From positions 62,001 to 115,877 of the forward strand of contig JBEUKZ010000024.1 of the NCBI GenBank assembly GCA_048128005.1: a DNA stretch of 53,877 bases, written 5' to 3'. Below, piece after piece: positions 10,429 to 20,265 of this stretch. How positions within the stretch are numbered: the stretch's first letter is position 1; every line of letters begins with the position of its first letter. The translations under genes were made by a program, and so were the position numbers. Below the pieces are notes generated by a model that was not told the origin of the DNA, did no database searches, and saw only the letters and a program-made list of their open reading frames with translations. This stretch comes from Veleropilina oligotropha. Taxonomy: Eukaryota.

Positions 10429-11325
10429 CTGCACACTGAAGTCCAATGCAACCGCTTGAGATGTTTTCTTCATTTTCTGTTAATATGTTCCCATTTTGTG
10501 TATCATTCGCACATTTGTTGAATGTCCAGTTCATCGACCATGGGTCAGTTGTAACATTTATTCCCTGGCCATACTTTTCACAAAGTGCTCGTGTATCAAT
10601 CATATTCCGCAGATTGGAACTCAATTCTTGCATTGCAAAAATAATGAATGTTTGATCATCAGAACTGTTAAACTGTGAATTGCTTTCAACATTAAAATTG
10701 GTGTAATTACCATTTTCTGAAAAATTGATTCCTGTCGCAAAATCATCGTCTTTATTCAAACTACGACCCACAGAAGACTTCACTAAAGCATTGGCAATAA
10801 TTTTCACGTGTTGCAGCAAAACAGTTTCAGTTTCATTACCGATTGCATTAAAGCAAGAGTCATTGACACATTTCAATTTTGAAGTCAGGAATTCAACTAT
10901 TACTCTCACATTCTTCCCATAATCTGTCTCCTCAATCACACAAGGACAGTTAGCTGCAGCTGGAACATAACCATTTGTGTCATTACTTGATGTCTTTTCA
11001 GGGTTTTTGGGTGATTCTGTATTATTGTTTCCTGAACATGCAAGGAGAACACCAACTGATTTGTTGCATAAACTTGATAATATATTCACTACTAATGTTC
11101 GATTTACTTCAACAGAAACACATGAACACTCTACAGCAACAGGTTCCATTGTCATGTTCTGTGCAGCTTCACTAATTTTACTTATTTCGAGTGCATCTTC
11201 ACCTTCTGCGGTTCTGGGCCAATAAATCTTAATGTTATTGGACAAAACGACACCAAATGCATAGTCAATCGTCAAGGCTGAAACATTGACATCGCTCCCA
11301 CTTGTTATGGATGCAACCAACATTC
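10429..11325 (-). CDS. Class C GPCR exon 5 (Cys/Asn-rich segment inserted in VFT 1)
   Basis: ttttcag| acceptor and CAG|gttggt donor; 897 nt open, phase 1/1 matches flanking exons. Many N-x-S/T sequons. Confidence 0.75.
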
Positions 11326-12389
11326 CTGAAAAGCAACAAATCAGATAGAAATAATTGATGACACAATGGAATATAGTAACTCTTTGCCCGCTGTGTATTC
11401 AGTAACTCAATGAGAATTGGGATGCATTTGCCTCCACCAGAGGCCAAAGAGTTAAGCAAAATAAACTGTTATTGTTTCAACACAGATAACAAACCAATAT
11501 ATAGAATTTGCATGTAATTTACTTTTACGACCACATTTTAAAATTTAATATTTTTCATTTGTATATATTAGGAATCGACCCTGCTTTAACATTTATATCC
11601 GCACAGACGTTTTCTGTCTACTGAACAGGTTCAGTTTTTATATGGTCAATTTTCAAAACACTCATTAAATGCAAGGTGATTAACTTCAGTCGTCTTAGAT
11701 CTGAGAATATGTGCCTAGATCATTTGGCTGCTGCCAACAGGGAGGACAAAAAAAGTTTTCTGAAAGACAAATCATAAAACTTGTTAGTAATAATACTAAT
11801 TCCATAAAATAGACAGCCGCAGCCTTATATAGCAATCAGACTGCCATGTAAAATCTGTGATTGTGACATTGCCAGTAGCAGTGGCTAAATACTGTGTCAG
11901 TGTGATGGTTTTCCATCATGTAAAAGTGTGGATGAAAAAATAAATATTCCGAAATTTTGCCAAAGTCAAAGGTCGTACACGGAATATTATGTCGCAGCGC
12001 GCTAGCGAGGCTCAAGGAGAGTTAGCATACATAAATTTCAACTAGAACGTCAAAGCCGTGATATGGCTCGCATGACATATTGCACAATTCTATAGTAGCC
12101 ATACATTAATTAAAATGTCTGGAGTTCTTAGAAGCAATCACAGTAATATATAATATTCTAGGACCTTGGATTAACCATGAAGAGAGCAATACATTTTGAA
12201 TTGTAATAATTATTTGTGTGAGTTCACAAACACAATTCAAACATTAAAGTGGAAGAAAGACGCTTTTGGAATACAGAGTAATTACAAAAAATCATTATTA
12301 CGGAGTAGCATTAGTCACTATTATAACAGTCATATTACTATAAATCAATGCATTTTGGCTAGCACTGTGTATTAACATTTCTGCTCTTA

Positions 12390-14320
12390 CAGATATTTTT
12401 ATATACATTAGATATCTAATGTTCAACGATGATAACAAGTTTCAATGTATTATATCAGATAATATAACATAAAACAAATACTTTAACAAAATAATTTATA
12501 TGTCCAGATGTAGCACTTTGAAGTAAAATTTGATCTAAATCATATTCCACATTACTGTCATAACGTCGTGCAACATTGCAGTAGACATATGTCAAATACA
12601 ACAAAGATAAATAGTGCACGTTTGCCTACATAGCATTATTGAAAAACTTTAACATTCAAAAGCAGCAATTTGAAGCAAAATTTTATTTAAATTACATTCA
12701 ATATTACTAGTGTAGTGTTATGCAACATGGAAATAGACATATCTATAATAAAATTATGATAAAGAGAGCACAGGGTTGCCTACATAGCATCATTTAAAAA
12801 CTTTAACATTCACTGCGGAGGGACGGGGACGACCGGGCGGACGCACATCATCATTAGATAGGCTCGCATCTGCATTGCAGGCAAGCAAAAAATTGAAAGC
12901 ATGCAAGAGATTGTACATGTAACCTTGAGAAAAAACTTTATTTAACTTTATAAAATTTTCCAAGTTAAAATCTCACAACTTCTTTTTTTGTGATAAAATA
13001 AATTTAATTTACCTTAAATAATACTGTCTGGTGCCATAGGATATTGAAATAAACATATCTAATGTTCAAAGATGCTAAAAAGTTGCAATGTCAGATATTA
13101 TAGCATCGTTGAAAAACTTTAACCAAAAACTTTTACAAAATATTTCTAAGTCCAGAAGAAGCACTTTGAGGTAAAATTTGATTTAAATAATATCCCATGA
13201 CGTTACTGTTATAGTGCCGTGCAACATTGGAGTAGCCATATGTCATATAAAACGATGATAAAGAGTGCACATGTTTGCCTATATAGCACTATTGAAAAAC
13301 TTTAACATTCAAAATTTCTAAGTCCAAAAGCAGCATTTTGAAGCAAAATTTTATTTAAATTACATTCAATATTACTAGTGTAGTGTTGGGCAACATGGGA
13401 ATAGACATATCTTCAATAATATTATGATAAAGAGAGCACAGGGTTGCCTATATAGCATGATTGAAAAACTTTAACATTCACTGCATGCGGACGGCCGGAC
13501 AGACGGCCAGATGGACGGACGTACATCATCATTACATAGGCTTGCATCTGCGTTGCATGCGAGCCAACAAGCATGCATGTATAGTAGCCAAGATATTGTC
13601 CGGACAAAACTTGCATCCTGGATTTGGTGTCAAAAGTCGCACACGGAAAATTGTATCGCCATAGGCTAGGGTATGTCAAGGTGAGTTAGCATACCAACTT
13701 TCATCAGGCTGACATATATACAAGCCGAGACATGATCCGGACAATAGTTTCAGCCTATATTTTGGGTAAGTTCACAAGGGCAAGGTCAAAAGTCGCACAC
13801 GGAAAATTATATCGCCATGCGCTAGGGTAGGTCGATCAAACTAAATTAGCTTACCAAACCGAGATATCATCTGGACAAAAGCTTCATCCTATATTTTGGG
13901 TAAGGTCACAAGGTCAAAGATCGGACACGGAAAATTATATCGCCACATGCTAGAGAACGTCAAGGTAAGGTATCATACCAAATTTCATCAAGCTAACATA
14001 TGATCCGGAAAAAGCCTCATCTTATATTTTGTGTAAGGTCAAAGGATGCACACGGAAAATAATATCGCCACGCGCTAGGGTAGGTCAAGGTAAGCTAGCA
14101 TACCAAGTTTCGTTAAGCTGACAAACATACAAGCCGAGATATAATCCTGACAAAACCTACATCATGAATTTTGTGCTAGGGTAGGTCATGGTGAGTTAGC
14201 ATACCAAGTTTCGTCAAGCTCCCATACATACAAGCAGAGATATCTGGACAAATCCTCTGCCCGCCCATCCACCTCGGGCGATGATAATAACCCCAGCCTT
14301 TTTTAGGCTGGGGTTAAAAA
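12390..14320. mobile_element. Adjacent Helentron/Helitron-derived non-autonomous elements with internal tandem repeats
   Basis: Two related copies end in GGAC microsatellite plus hairpin plus A-run (12830-12892, 13488-13570). A ~130 bp tandem array (13570-14250) ends in the hairpin aaccccagcc..ggctggggtt-aaaaa. Boundaries approximate. Confidence 0.6.
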
Positions 14321-14419
14321 GTCAACTACATAAAAGTATAATACGAGCAATAAATAATTTAGTAATCGTTAGAGGATTTTGTATGACACAATTATCAACT
14401 GGATTATGAAAAAACTTAC

Positions 14420-14532
14420 GAAAAGAATCATTTGCGCTGAGACTCCATTCAGGTATTTGGTCATCGATATCCAAGACGATGATGGACACATTCGGTGGGC
14501 GATGGACTGACAAAAGTCCATTCATGAAACGG
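14420..14532 (-). CDS. Class C GPCR exon 4
   Basis: tgttttgcag| acceptor and |gtaagt donor; 113 nt, phase 2/1, exactly bridging exons 3 and 5. Confidence 0.8.
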
Positions 14533-14867
14533 CTGCAAAACAAAGATATCATACCAACGTAACATATTTTAAATCCAGGGAAGGATATACCATATAGTCT
14601 GTGGCTACGAGTATGGAACAGTGCATTTAAATTGAAGGAAAAAGTATGGAATGGTTCCAGTTGGTTCATGTATTTCACGTGGTTCGAAATTCAGTACGCT
14701 CTCTATAATTGGTAACGAGTACGAATCAATACTGATTGGTTAAAGCAACTCACATGAATGGCCATTTCTAATGAACAACCATGTTTATTATGGCAACATT
14801 TCCTTTTCATTAAAAGTACAGTATCGATATTTTACACGATTTGTGGAACCCTGTTTACTGTTACTGA

Positions 14868-15156
14868 CAGGGTTCATACATATTTCCAATGACAAATTTC
14901 AAGGACCTTCTCAAGGACTTATTTCCGAATATCAAGGATTTCTCTAACCGTAACCCTGCTTCTTAGTCCACACTCCATTTCATATTTACTTCGACTAAAA
15001 TTTAATTCGCAACCTCCCAGTGACAGATAACAACAAAATGTAAAATACAATGACTTTTCCAAACTATCTGTCCAAATGCTTGATTTTCCATGACTTCAAG
15101 GGCCTTGAAATGGCATCAATAAAATTCCATGACTTCCAGGACTTGTGCGAACCCTG
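14868..15156. mobile_element. hAT-like MITE
   Basis: Termini CAGGGTTC...GAACCCTG with a degenerate 8 bp flank duplication (gttactga/gttacagt). Confidence 0.55.
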
Positions 15157-15492
15157 GTTACAGTGACCCTAATGCCCATACAATAAATACCTAAGCTATA
15201 TTAAATGTTTTGGTTTGGATCTATGCTTAATGTCCTGTTTTTAACAATCCGAGAGGTTCATACCAAGAAAGTCCATATTATTATTTTATAGGAAAACCTG
15301 GTCCCCAAGGAGAACCTATCAAAATCGGCCAGTTAGCCTTTATTATAGATGATTAAACAGGATGACAATGTTAATATCACATATTATGATATACATTGTT
15401 TGCACTCGCTACGTTCAATATTTTATACTAATGATCAATTTAGACTGAATGTTGTCCTGCAAAATGAATAATAGTCAATATCTTTATTCTAC

Positions 15493-15792
15493 CTAGTTTC
15501 TTTCTTTGTGCCAAACACAAACACACCACGTGTGTCTGTCTCCGTTTCCAAACCATCAGCAACCATTTGGATATCGGAGTTGGAACTGTTTTCAGCAATG
15601 ATGAACTCTTTCAGAACACATGCATCTTCTGTGGCAATGTTCCGTTTGAAAACTTCGTACACTTGTCCAGCATCACTCGGGTTTAGTGAGTGAATGGCTT
15701 GAATGTATGTCCAGTCGAGTTCTCGAATCAAAGTCTGCAACGACTCAGAAACGGCAGACACAGATGGTGGAAGATTTATCAGGGACGAAAAT
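15493..15792 (-). CDS. Class C GPCR exon 3
   Basis: ttttatag| acceptor and AG|gtagaa donor, phase 2/2. FSSLINLPPS..LIRELDWTYIQAIHS..ACV..GVFVFG aligns to VFT lobe 2. Confidence 0.85.
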
Positions 15793-16034
15793 CTATAAAA
15801 TAGAGACGAACATGAAGAAATATTAATAAAGATATCTGGGACGTTACACCAGGAATAAAGATATCTGGGACGTTACACCAGGAGTCGAACAAACAATGGC
15901 GAATCCTAGGATGCTATGAAGTTAAGCAAGTGTACATTAATGAGGTAAGCATATTTTTGCCTGTTGCTTCACAAGAAAAGAAATATGACTCATTGATCAA
16001 TAATTAAATTTTATAATAATTATTGAACACATAA

Positions 16035-16273
16035 ATGAGGTTTTAATGTAAACCTAATATTAGTATAAAACATACTTACGTCCTTACTCTTGCCATAATA
16101 GCATATTATCGCCCAAACCGGAAATGGTGAATATGTCCCATAATGCACCGTTATAAGCCAAAAAAGCACACGGTTACCTCCCCTGCTCCTACCCCCCACG
16201 TTCCCTAGCGAGACTTCGCCAAGTCTCGTGAGACTTCTGAACAATAGAAGTCACATGACATCAATTCAAAGTT
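16035..16273 (-). repeat. Right ITR (16068-16273) plus 33 nt right extension (16035-16067) of DIRS copy B
   Basis: 16068-16273 is the reverse complement of 23284-23489, with no mismatch seen by eye. Confidence 0.95.
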
Positions 16274-16333
16274 CAAAAACCACAAAGGAACGTAGTAGAG
16301 GGGAGGAATGCGAAACGCAGGGTGGGTAATCGT

Positions 16334-16424
16334 GTAAGGACGTAAGTATGTTTTATACTAATATTAGGTTTACATTAAAACCTCATATATAGTTACAAAC
16401 ATACTTACGTCCTTACTCTTGCCA
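16334..16424 (-). other. Internal complementary region (ICR) of DIRS copy B
   Basis: 16334-16386 is the reverse complement of 16035-16087 and 16385-16424 is the reverse complement of 23462-23501. Together they spell the circle junction. Confidence 0.95.
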
Positions 16425-17263
16425 GAATAACCTTGGATAGGTGGGTAAGACGTTCCTTACAACAAACCCAAACAAGATAATGACTTACTTTTTCACCAAT
16501 TCGATCAGCATGAAGCGTCGAGTGTGTCCGCCTAGAGTGGAATTTTTACTGAGTATTATATTCTACTCTTACCAGGCGAGAATTTCGACCAGTGTTACCG
16601 GGAGGATACGCCGTGGTGTTAGTCGGACGAGGTGAACGGAAGTGCAATCAGCCCCTGGCACGGCCGGAAGGATAAATCCCTGTAGGTCTTACGTGTCATG
16701 GACCAGTGGCAGCCAAATGGGACTCCGGGCCTATAGGCCGGTAGCCAGAGGATGCAGTCGGATTTGTAAGCACACGGAACCTAACAGGTTGTGAAAGCTT
16801 TAAAATCAAAAGCAAAGAATTAATAGATTATATAATAATCGATATTAATAAGTAGTTCGCATGACCAACTTGCGAACGCTAACATGGACGACATGTCACT
16901 TAAAATAAATTTTAAGGAAGCAAAAATGTTCGACATGTTACTTAAAAATAAATGTTAAGGAATCAACATTTTAAATGTATTGAACATCGTATGTTCGATT
17001 ACAGCAAAGAACATAATAATATTGAACCCTAATCTTTTTAAGATTTGTGCAAAATTATCAAAGTTGTTTTATTAAATTCAATGTGATCTGGCTTATGTCA
17101 ACACTCAGTCTGACATGAGAAGTACAAAATCTTAAATTAGATTTAAGAAATGAACAGACATTGAACTGCCCCATAGGTGTTAATTACATAGCACCGTTTG
17201 GCCAACGAAAATAAAATGGCGTCAGTAAATATGCAAATGATCAATCAGAGAACAATAGGCTAC

Positions 17264-20248
17264 TTACTGATTAGAAGACCTCGGTCTAACCATAACCCGT
17301 TGAGCAGCAACACAGTGCAAACTGCTTAGGCCATCAGCCCCGGTTGAGTAGTCGCGCAGATAATGTTTGACAAACACGTTAGCGTTTTTCCAATATCCGG
17401 CCTGTAGTAACGCATTGATATTTAGATTATGGCGGAAGGCTACAGACGCTGCAATGGCCCGGACCTCATGTGCGCGGACCGATAAAATAGTTCGGTCGTC
17501 GTCATCACAACGGATGTAAACATCTCTCACAGTTTGTGAAATCCACCGCGAAACAGTAGTCCTCGTAATGTCGCGGGTGTAGGTGGGCAAATACGATATG
17601 AATAAACGTAATTTTCCCTGTCGCAACTCACGGGTTCTGTCTAGGTAGAATCGAAGCGCCCGGACCGGGCAATTGAAGCGGTCTGCGTCGCGCCTTCCGA
17701 CTAGCGTTAGCTTGGGAATAACAACATCGGGTGCGTCCTCGTTCGGCCGCTGGTTCTTGGCTAAGAAGCCCAGAATGGGACGCAGTATCACTGACCCGTC
17801 TGACTGGAATCGTATGTCTCTTAGCTCGGAGGAGAAAGCATGAATCTCGGAACAACGCCTGCCCGACGCTAAGGCGATCAGAAAAACTGTTTTGTGCGTC
17901 AAGTTCCTCATGGTTATCTCGGACATCGGCTCATACGGGGGTAAGAGTAATGCGTTAAGAATAAGTACGATATTCCAGGCAGGTGGCTTAATTCTTCGGG
18001 TCGGTATCTCGAGTTCATAAGATCGTATAAAATCTGATATCGTTCGGTCGCTTGATAGGCCAGCATGGGCACGACACTGCTTTAGCGTGGTCGCGATCGT
18101 TGCCCGATAGCCTTTGACGGCGGACACTGACATACCGCGGTCGAAGAGCGACGATAAAAACTCGATAAACTTGTTCACAGGGGGACGGAGTATATTGATC
18201 TGCCTGCTGTGACACCAATCCACGTACTTAACCCATCGGTAGTCATAGACTTTTGTAGTGGAAATCCTTCTCGATCGATAGATACGTAAGGCTGTAGCTT
18301 TAGAAAATCCTTTCTTAGCAAGGGATCGTTCGATAACCGCCAGGCGTGTAAACGTAAGTGGTTCGGCGACTCGTGGAGTACACGGGTGCGTGGTTGCATT
18401 AACAGGTCTAGTTTCTGCGGTAACGCTAACGGTCGATCGACGATCAGATCGAGGAGGGTCGGAAACCAAGGTTGCGTGCGATAAAGGGGCGCTATTAGCG
18501 TTATCTCGCAACGTTCGGTCGCTGCCTTCTGTAATACCAGTGATAGAATGCACGTCGGGGGGAAGGCATACGCGGACAGATTCTCCCATGTCATTGACAT
18601 TGCGTCGACCGCCAGGGCGGCCGGGTCTGGGTACGGGGAGACATACAGAGGTAGTCGGTAATTGAATTCTGTTGCAAACAAGTCGACTTGGGGTTGCGAC
18701 CACCGGCGGCAAACATCCCGAGCTACTCGGCTGTGTAGCGTCCACTCTGTGTGTATAATCTGTGATCTCCGAGAGAGCGAATCCGCTCTGACATTCAGCT
18801 TTCCCGGGATGTGTCGGGCTCGAATCGTCGAGTTGAGGGACATCACTAAGCGGTGTAGGTCTATTGCTCGGTCGCATAGGGGACGCGAGCGTGTACCGCC
18901 CTGGTGCTGTATGTAAGCGACGACAGTCGTGTTGTCCGTGGCGAGCATTATATGCTTGTTGCGGAGATGTGACGAGAGGGACCGTACTGACAGGTAGACG
19001 GCTTCTAACTCTAGGAAGTTGATATGTCGTCCCTGAAGGTCTGTCGGCCATAGGCCTGATGTCTCGTAACTGTCGAGGTGACCACCCCAGCCGTCGTTCG
19101 AAGCGTCTGTGAACAGGTAAGCGTTCGGCTCTGGTGGGGATATAGGAACCGACTGGTCCGGCAAAGCGGGGTTCAACCACACTGCTGTCGTGTCGGTAAA
19201 CCAATGCCGTAGATCGATGCGATCCTTCCACTGCCCCGTCCGTTGTATCCAGCGATCCCTGAAAGCCTGTTGTAACGGTCTTTTGTCCATGCGACCCGTC
19301 GGTAGCAGGGGCGCTACCGACTCGATGTGCCCCAGGACAGTGGCCAGTTGTCGCGCCGTAGTTATGTCCGATGACAGGGTGTCTTGGATAACCGCGCGTA
19401 GGTTCCGCATACGCTTCTGGGTCGGCTTCGCGGTGTACCGGACCGTATCGAAGTCGACTCCGAGGAACGTAAACGTCGTCGAGGGCACGAAGCAGGATTT
19501 TGTCTCGTTGATCTGAAATCCCAGGCGCTTCGTCGATGACAGGGTAAAGCTCGTAGACCGGAGGCACAGATCTCGGGACGCCCCGAGGATCAGCCAGTCG
19601 TCGAGGTACATATGTACCCTGTGCCCTAGAGAGTGTAGGAAGGCCCCCAGGGCCTGTACTGTTCTCGTGAAGACGTACGGGGCTGACGATAGACCGAACG
19701 GTAGGCACCTGAATTGGTAGATCGTCTCCCCGTGTATAAACCGAAGGTACTGATGAGCCGTGATATGCATCGGGACATGCAGATACGCGTCGGCGAGATC
19801 GATAGACGCTGCCCAGTCGCCCGGACGGATGGCCGCTCGAATCTTCGAGAGGGTTTCTTGCTGGAATTTCTCGGTACGAAGATATAGGTTTAGGTACGAG
19901 AGATCGAGGATCGGTCTCCAGCGGCCATCGGGTTTCGGGACCAGGAAGAAATGGCTGTAAAATCCTGGTGTGCTGGGCGGCGCGGGATATATCGCTCTTT
20001 TTAGGAGCAAATCCCGCACTGCCTGGTCTAAGACCGCTTGTTTCTCTCCGTTTAGGAGGCGAGCGTGTCTTGTTGGTGGTGCCTCGGTTAAGGTCGGATG
20101 CCGGTTGAATGCCAACTTGTATCCGGCACTCACGACTAAGTGGACCCAGTTGCTGTCTGTCAGCTCTAGCCAGGGCTGGCTGTGTGCTAACAGGCACGCT
20201 CCCACCGGCGGGAGCGGGCAACTGGGGCCGTCGCGAATGCCGGCAGCC
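17264..20248 (-). CDS. Tyrosine recombinase ORF of DIRS copy B with long N-terminal overlap on pol
   Basis: ALASGRRCSEIHA, HEVRAIAAS and GYWKNANVFVKHYL give the R-HxxR-W-Y catalytic set. The frame is open from the gag stop to 17264. Confidence 0.95.
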   Translation of the reverse strand, partial: GCRHSRRPQLPAPAGGSVPVSTQPALARADRQQLGPLSRECRIQVGIQPASDLNRGTTNKTRSPPKRRETSGLRPGSAGFAPKKSDISRAAQHTRILQPFLPGPETRWPLETDPRSLVPKPISSYREIPARNPLEDSSGHPSGRLGSVYRSRRRVSACPDAYHGSSVPSVYTRGDDLPIQVPTVRSIVSPVRLHENSTGPGGLPTLSRAQGTYVPRRLADPRGVPRSVPPVYELYPVIDEAPGISDQRDKILLRALDDVYVPRSRLRYGPVHREADPEAYAEPTRGYPRHPVIGHNYGATTGHCPGAHRVGSAPATDGSHGQKTVTTGFQGSLDTTDGAVEGSHRSTALVYRHDSSVVEPRFAGPVGSYIPTRAERLPVHRRFERRLGWSPRQLRDIRPMADRPSGTTYQLPRVRSRLPVSTVPLVTSPQQAYNARHGQHDCRRLHTAPGRYTLASPMRPSNRPTPLSDVPQLDDSSPTHPGKAECQSGFALSEITDYTHRVDATQPSSSGCLPPVVATPSRLVCNRIQLPTTSVCLPVPRPGRPGGRRNVNDMGESVRVCLPPDVHSITGITEGSDRTLRDNANSAPLSHATLVSDPPRSDRRSTVSVTAETRPVNATTHPCTPRVAEPLTFTRLAVIERSLAKKGFSKATALRIYRSRRISTTKVYDYRWVKYVDWCHSRQINILRPPVNKFIEFLSSLFDRGMSVSAVKGYRATIATTLKQCRAHAGLSSDRTISDFIRSYELEIPTRRIKPPAWNIVLILNALLLPPYEPMSEITMRNLTHKTVFLIALASGRRCSEIHAFSSELRDIRFQSDGSVILRPILGFLAKNQRPNEDAPDVVIPKLTLVGRRDADRFNCPVRALRFYLDRTRELRQGKLRLFISYLPTYTRDITRTTVSRWISQTVRDVYIRCDDDDRTILSVRAHEVRAIAASVAFRHNLNINALLQAGYWKNANVFVKHYLRDYSTGADGLSSLHCVAAQRVMVRPRSSNQ

Positions 20249-20265
20249 CTAGGGCCGAGGCTTCC
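18175..20265 (-). CDS. DIRS pol: RT, RNase H and MT-like domain (copy B); no ATG before RT motif A
   Basis: YLDDWLI, FTDAS, HIPGKLNVRAD, VDLFA, YAFPP. The frame is bounded upstream by TAG at 20266-20268. Confidence 0.95.
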   Translation of the reverse strand, partial: GSLGPRAAGIRDGPSCPLPPVGACLLAHSQPWLELTDSNWVHLVVSAGYKLAFNRHPTLTEAPPTRHARLLNGEKQAVLDQAVRDLLLKRAIYPAPPSTPGFYSHFFLVPKPDGRWRPILDLSYLNLYLRTEKFQQETLSKIRAAIRPGDWAASIDLADAYLHVPMHITAHQYLRFIHGETIYQFRCLPFGLSSAPYVFTRTVQALGAFLHSLGHRVHMYLDDWLILGASRDLCLRSTSFTLSSTKRLGFQINETKSCFVPSTTFTFLGVDFDTVRYTAKPTQKRMRNLRAVIQDTLSSDITTARQLATVLGHIESVAPLLPTGRMDKRPLQQAFRDRWIQRTGQWKDRIDLRHWFTDTTAVWLNPALPDQSVPISPPEPNAYLFTDASNDGWGGHLDSYETSGLWPTDLQGRHINFLELEAVYLSVRSLSSHLRNKHIMLATDNTTVVAYIQHQGGTRSRPLCDRAIDLHRLVMSLNSTIRARHIPGKLNVRADSLSRRSQIIHTEWTLHSRVARDVCRRWSQPQVDLFATEFNYRLPLYVSPYPDPAALAVDAMSMTWENLSAYAFPPTCILSLVLQKAATERCEITLIAPLYRTQPWFPTLLDLIVDRPLALPQKLDLLMQPRTRVLHESPNHLRLHAWRLSNDPLLRKDFLKLQPYVSIDREGFPLQKSMTTDGLSTWIGVTAGRSIYSVPL

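Noticed and set aside
15826..15883. 29 bp tandem duplication near the exon 3 acceptor
   Set aside because: A simple slippage duplicate that leaves the acceptor intact.
16020..16244. Duplicated small ORF MFRSLTRLGEV... (also 23313-23513)
   Set aside because: A by-product of the ITR identity; TTG start and no coding evidence.
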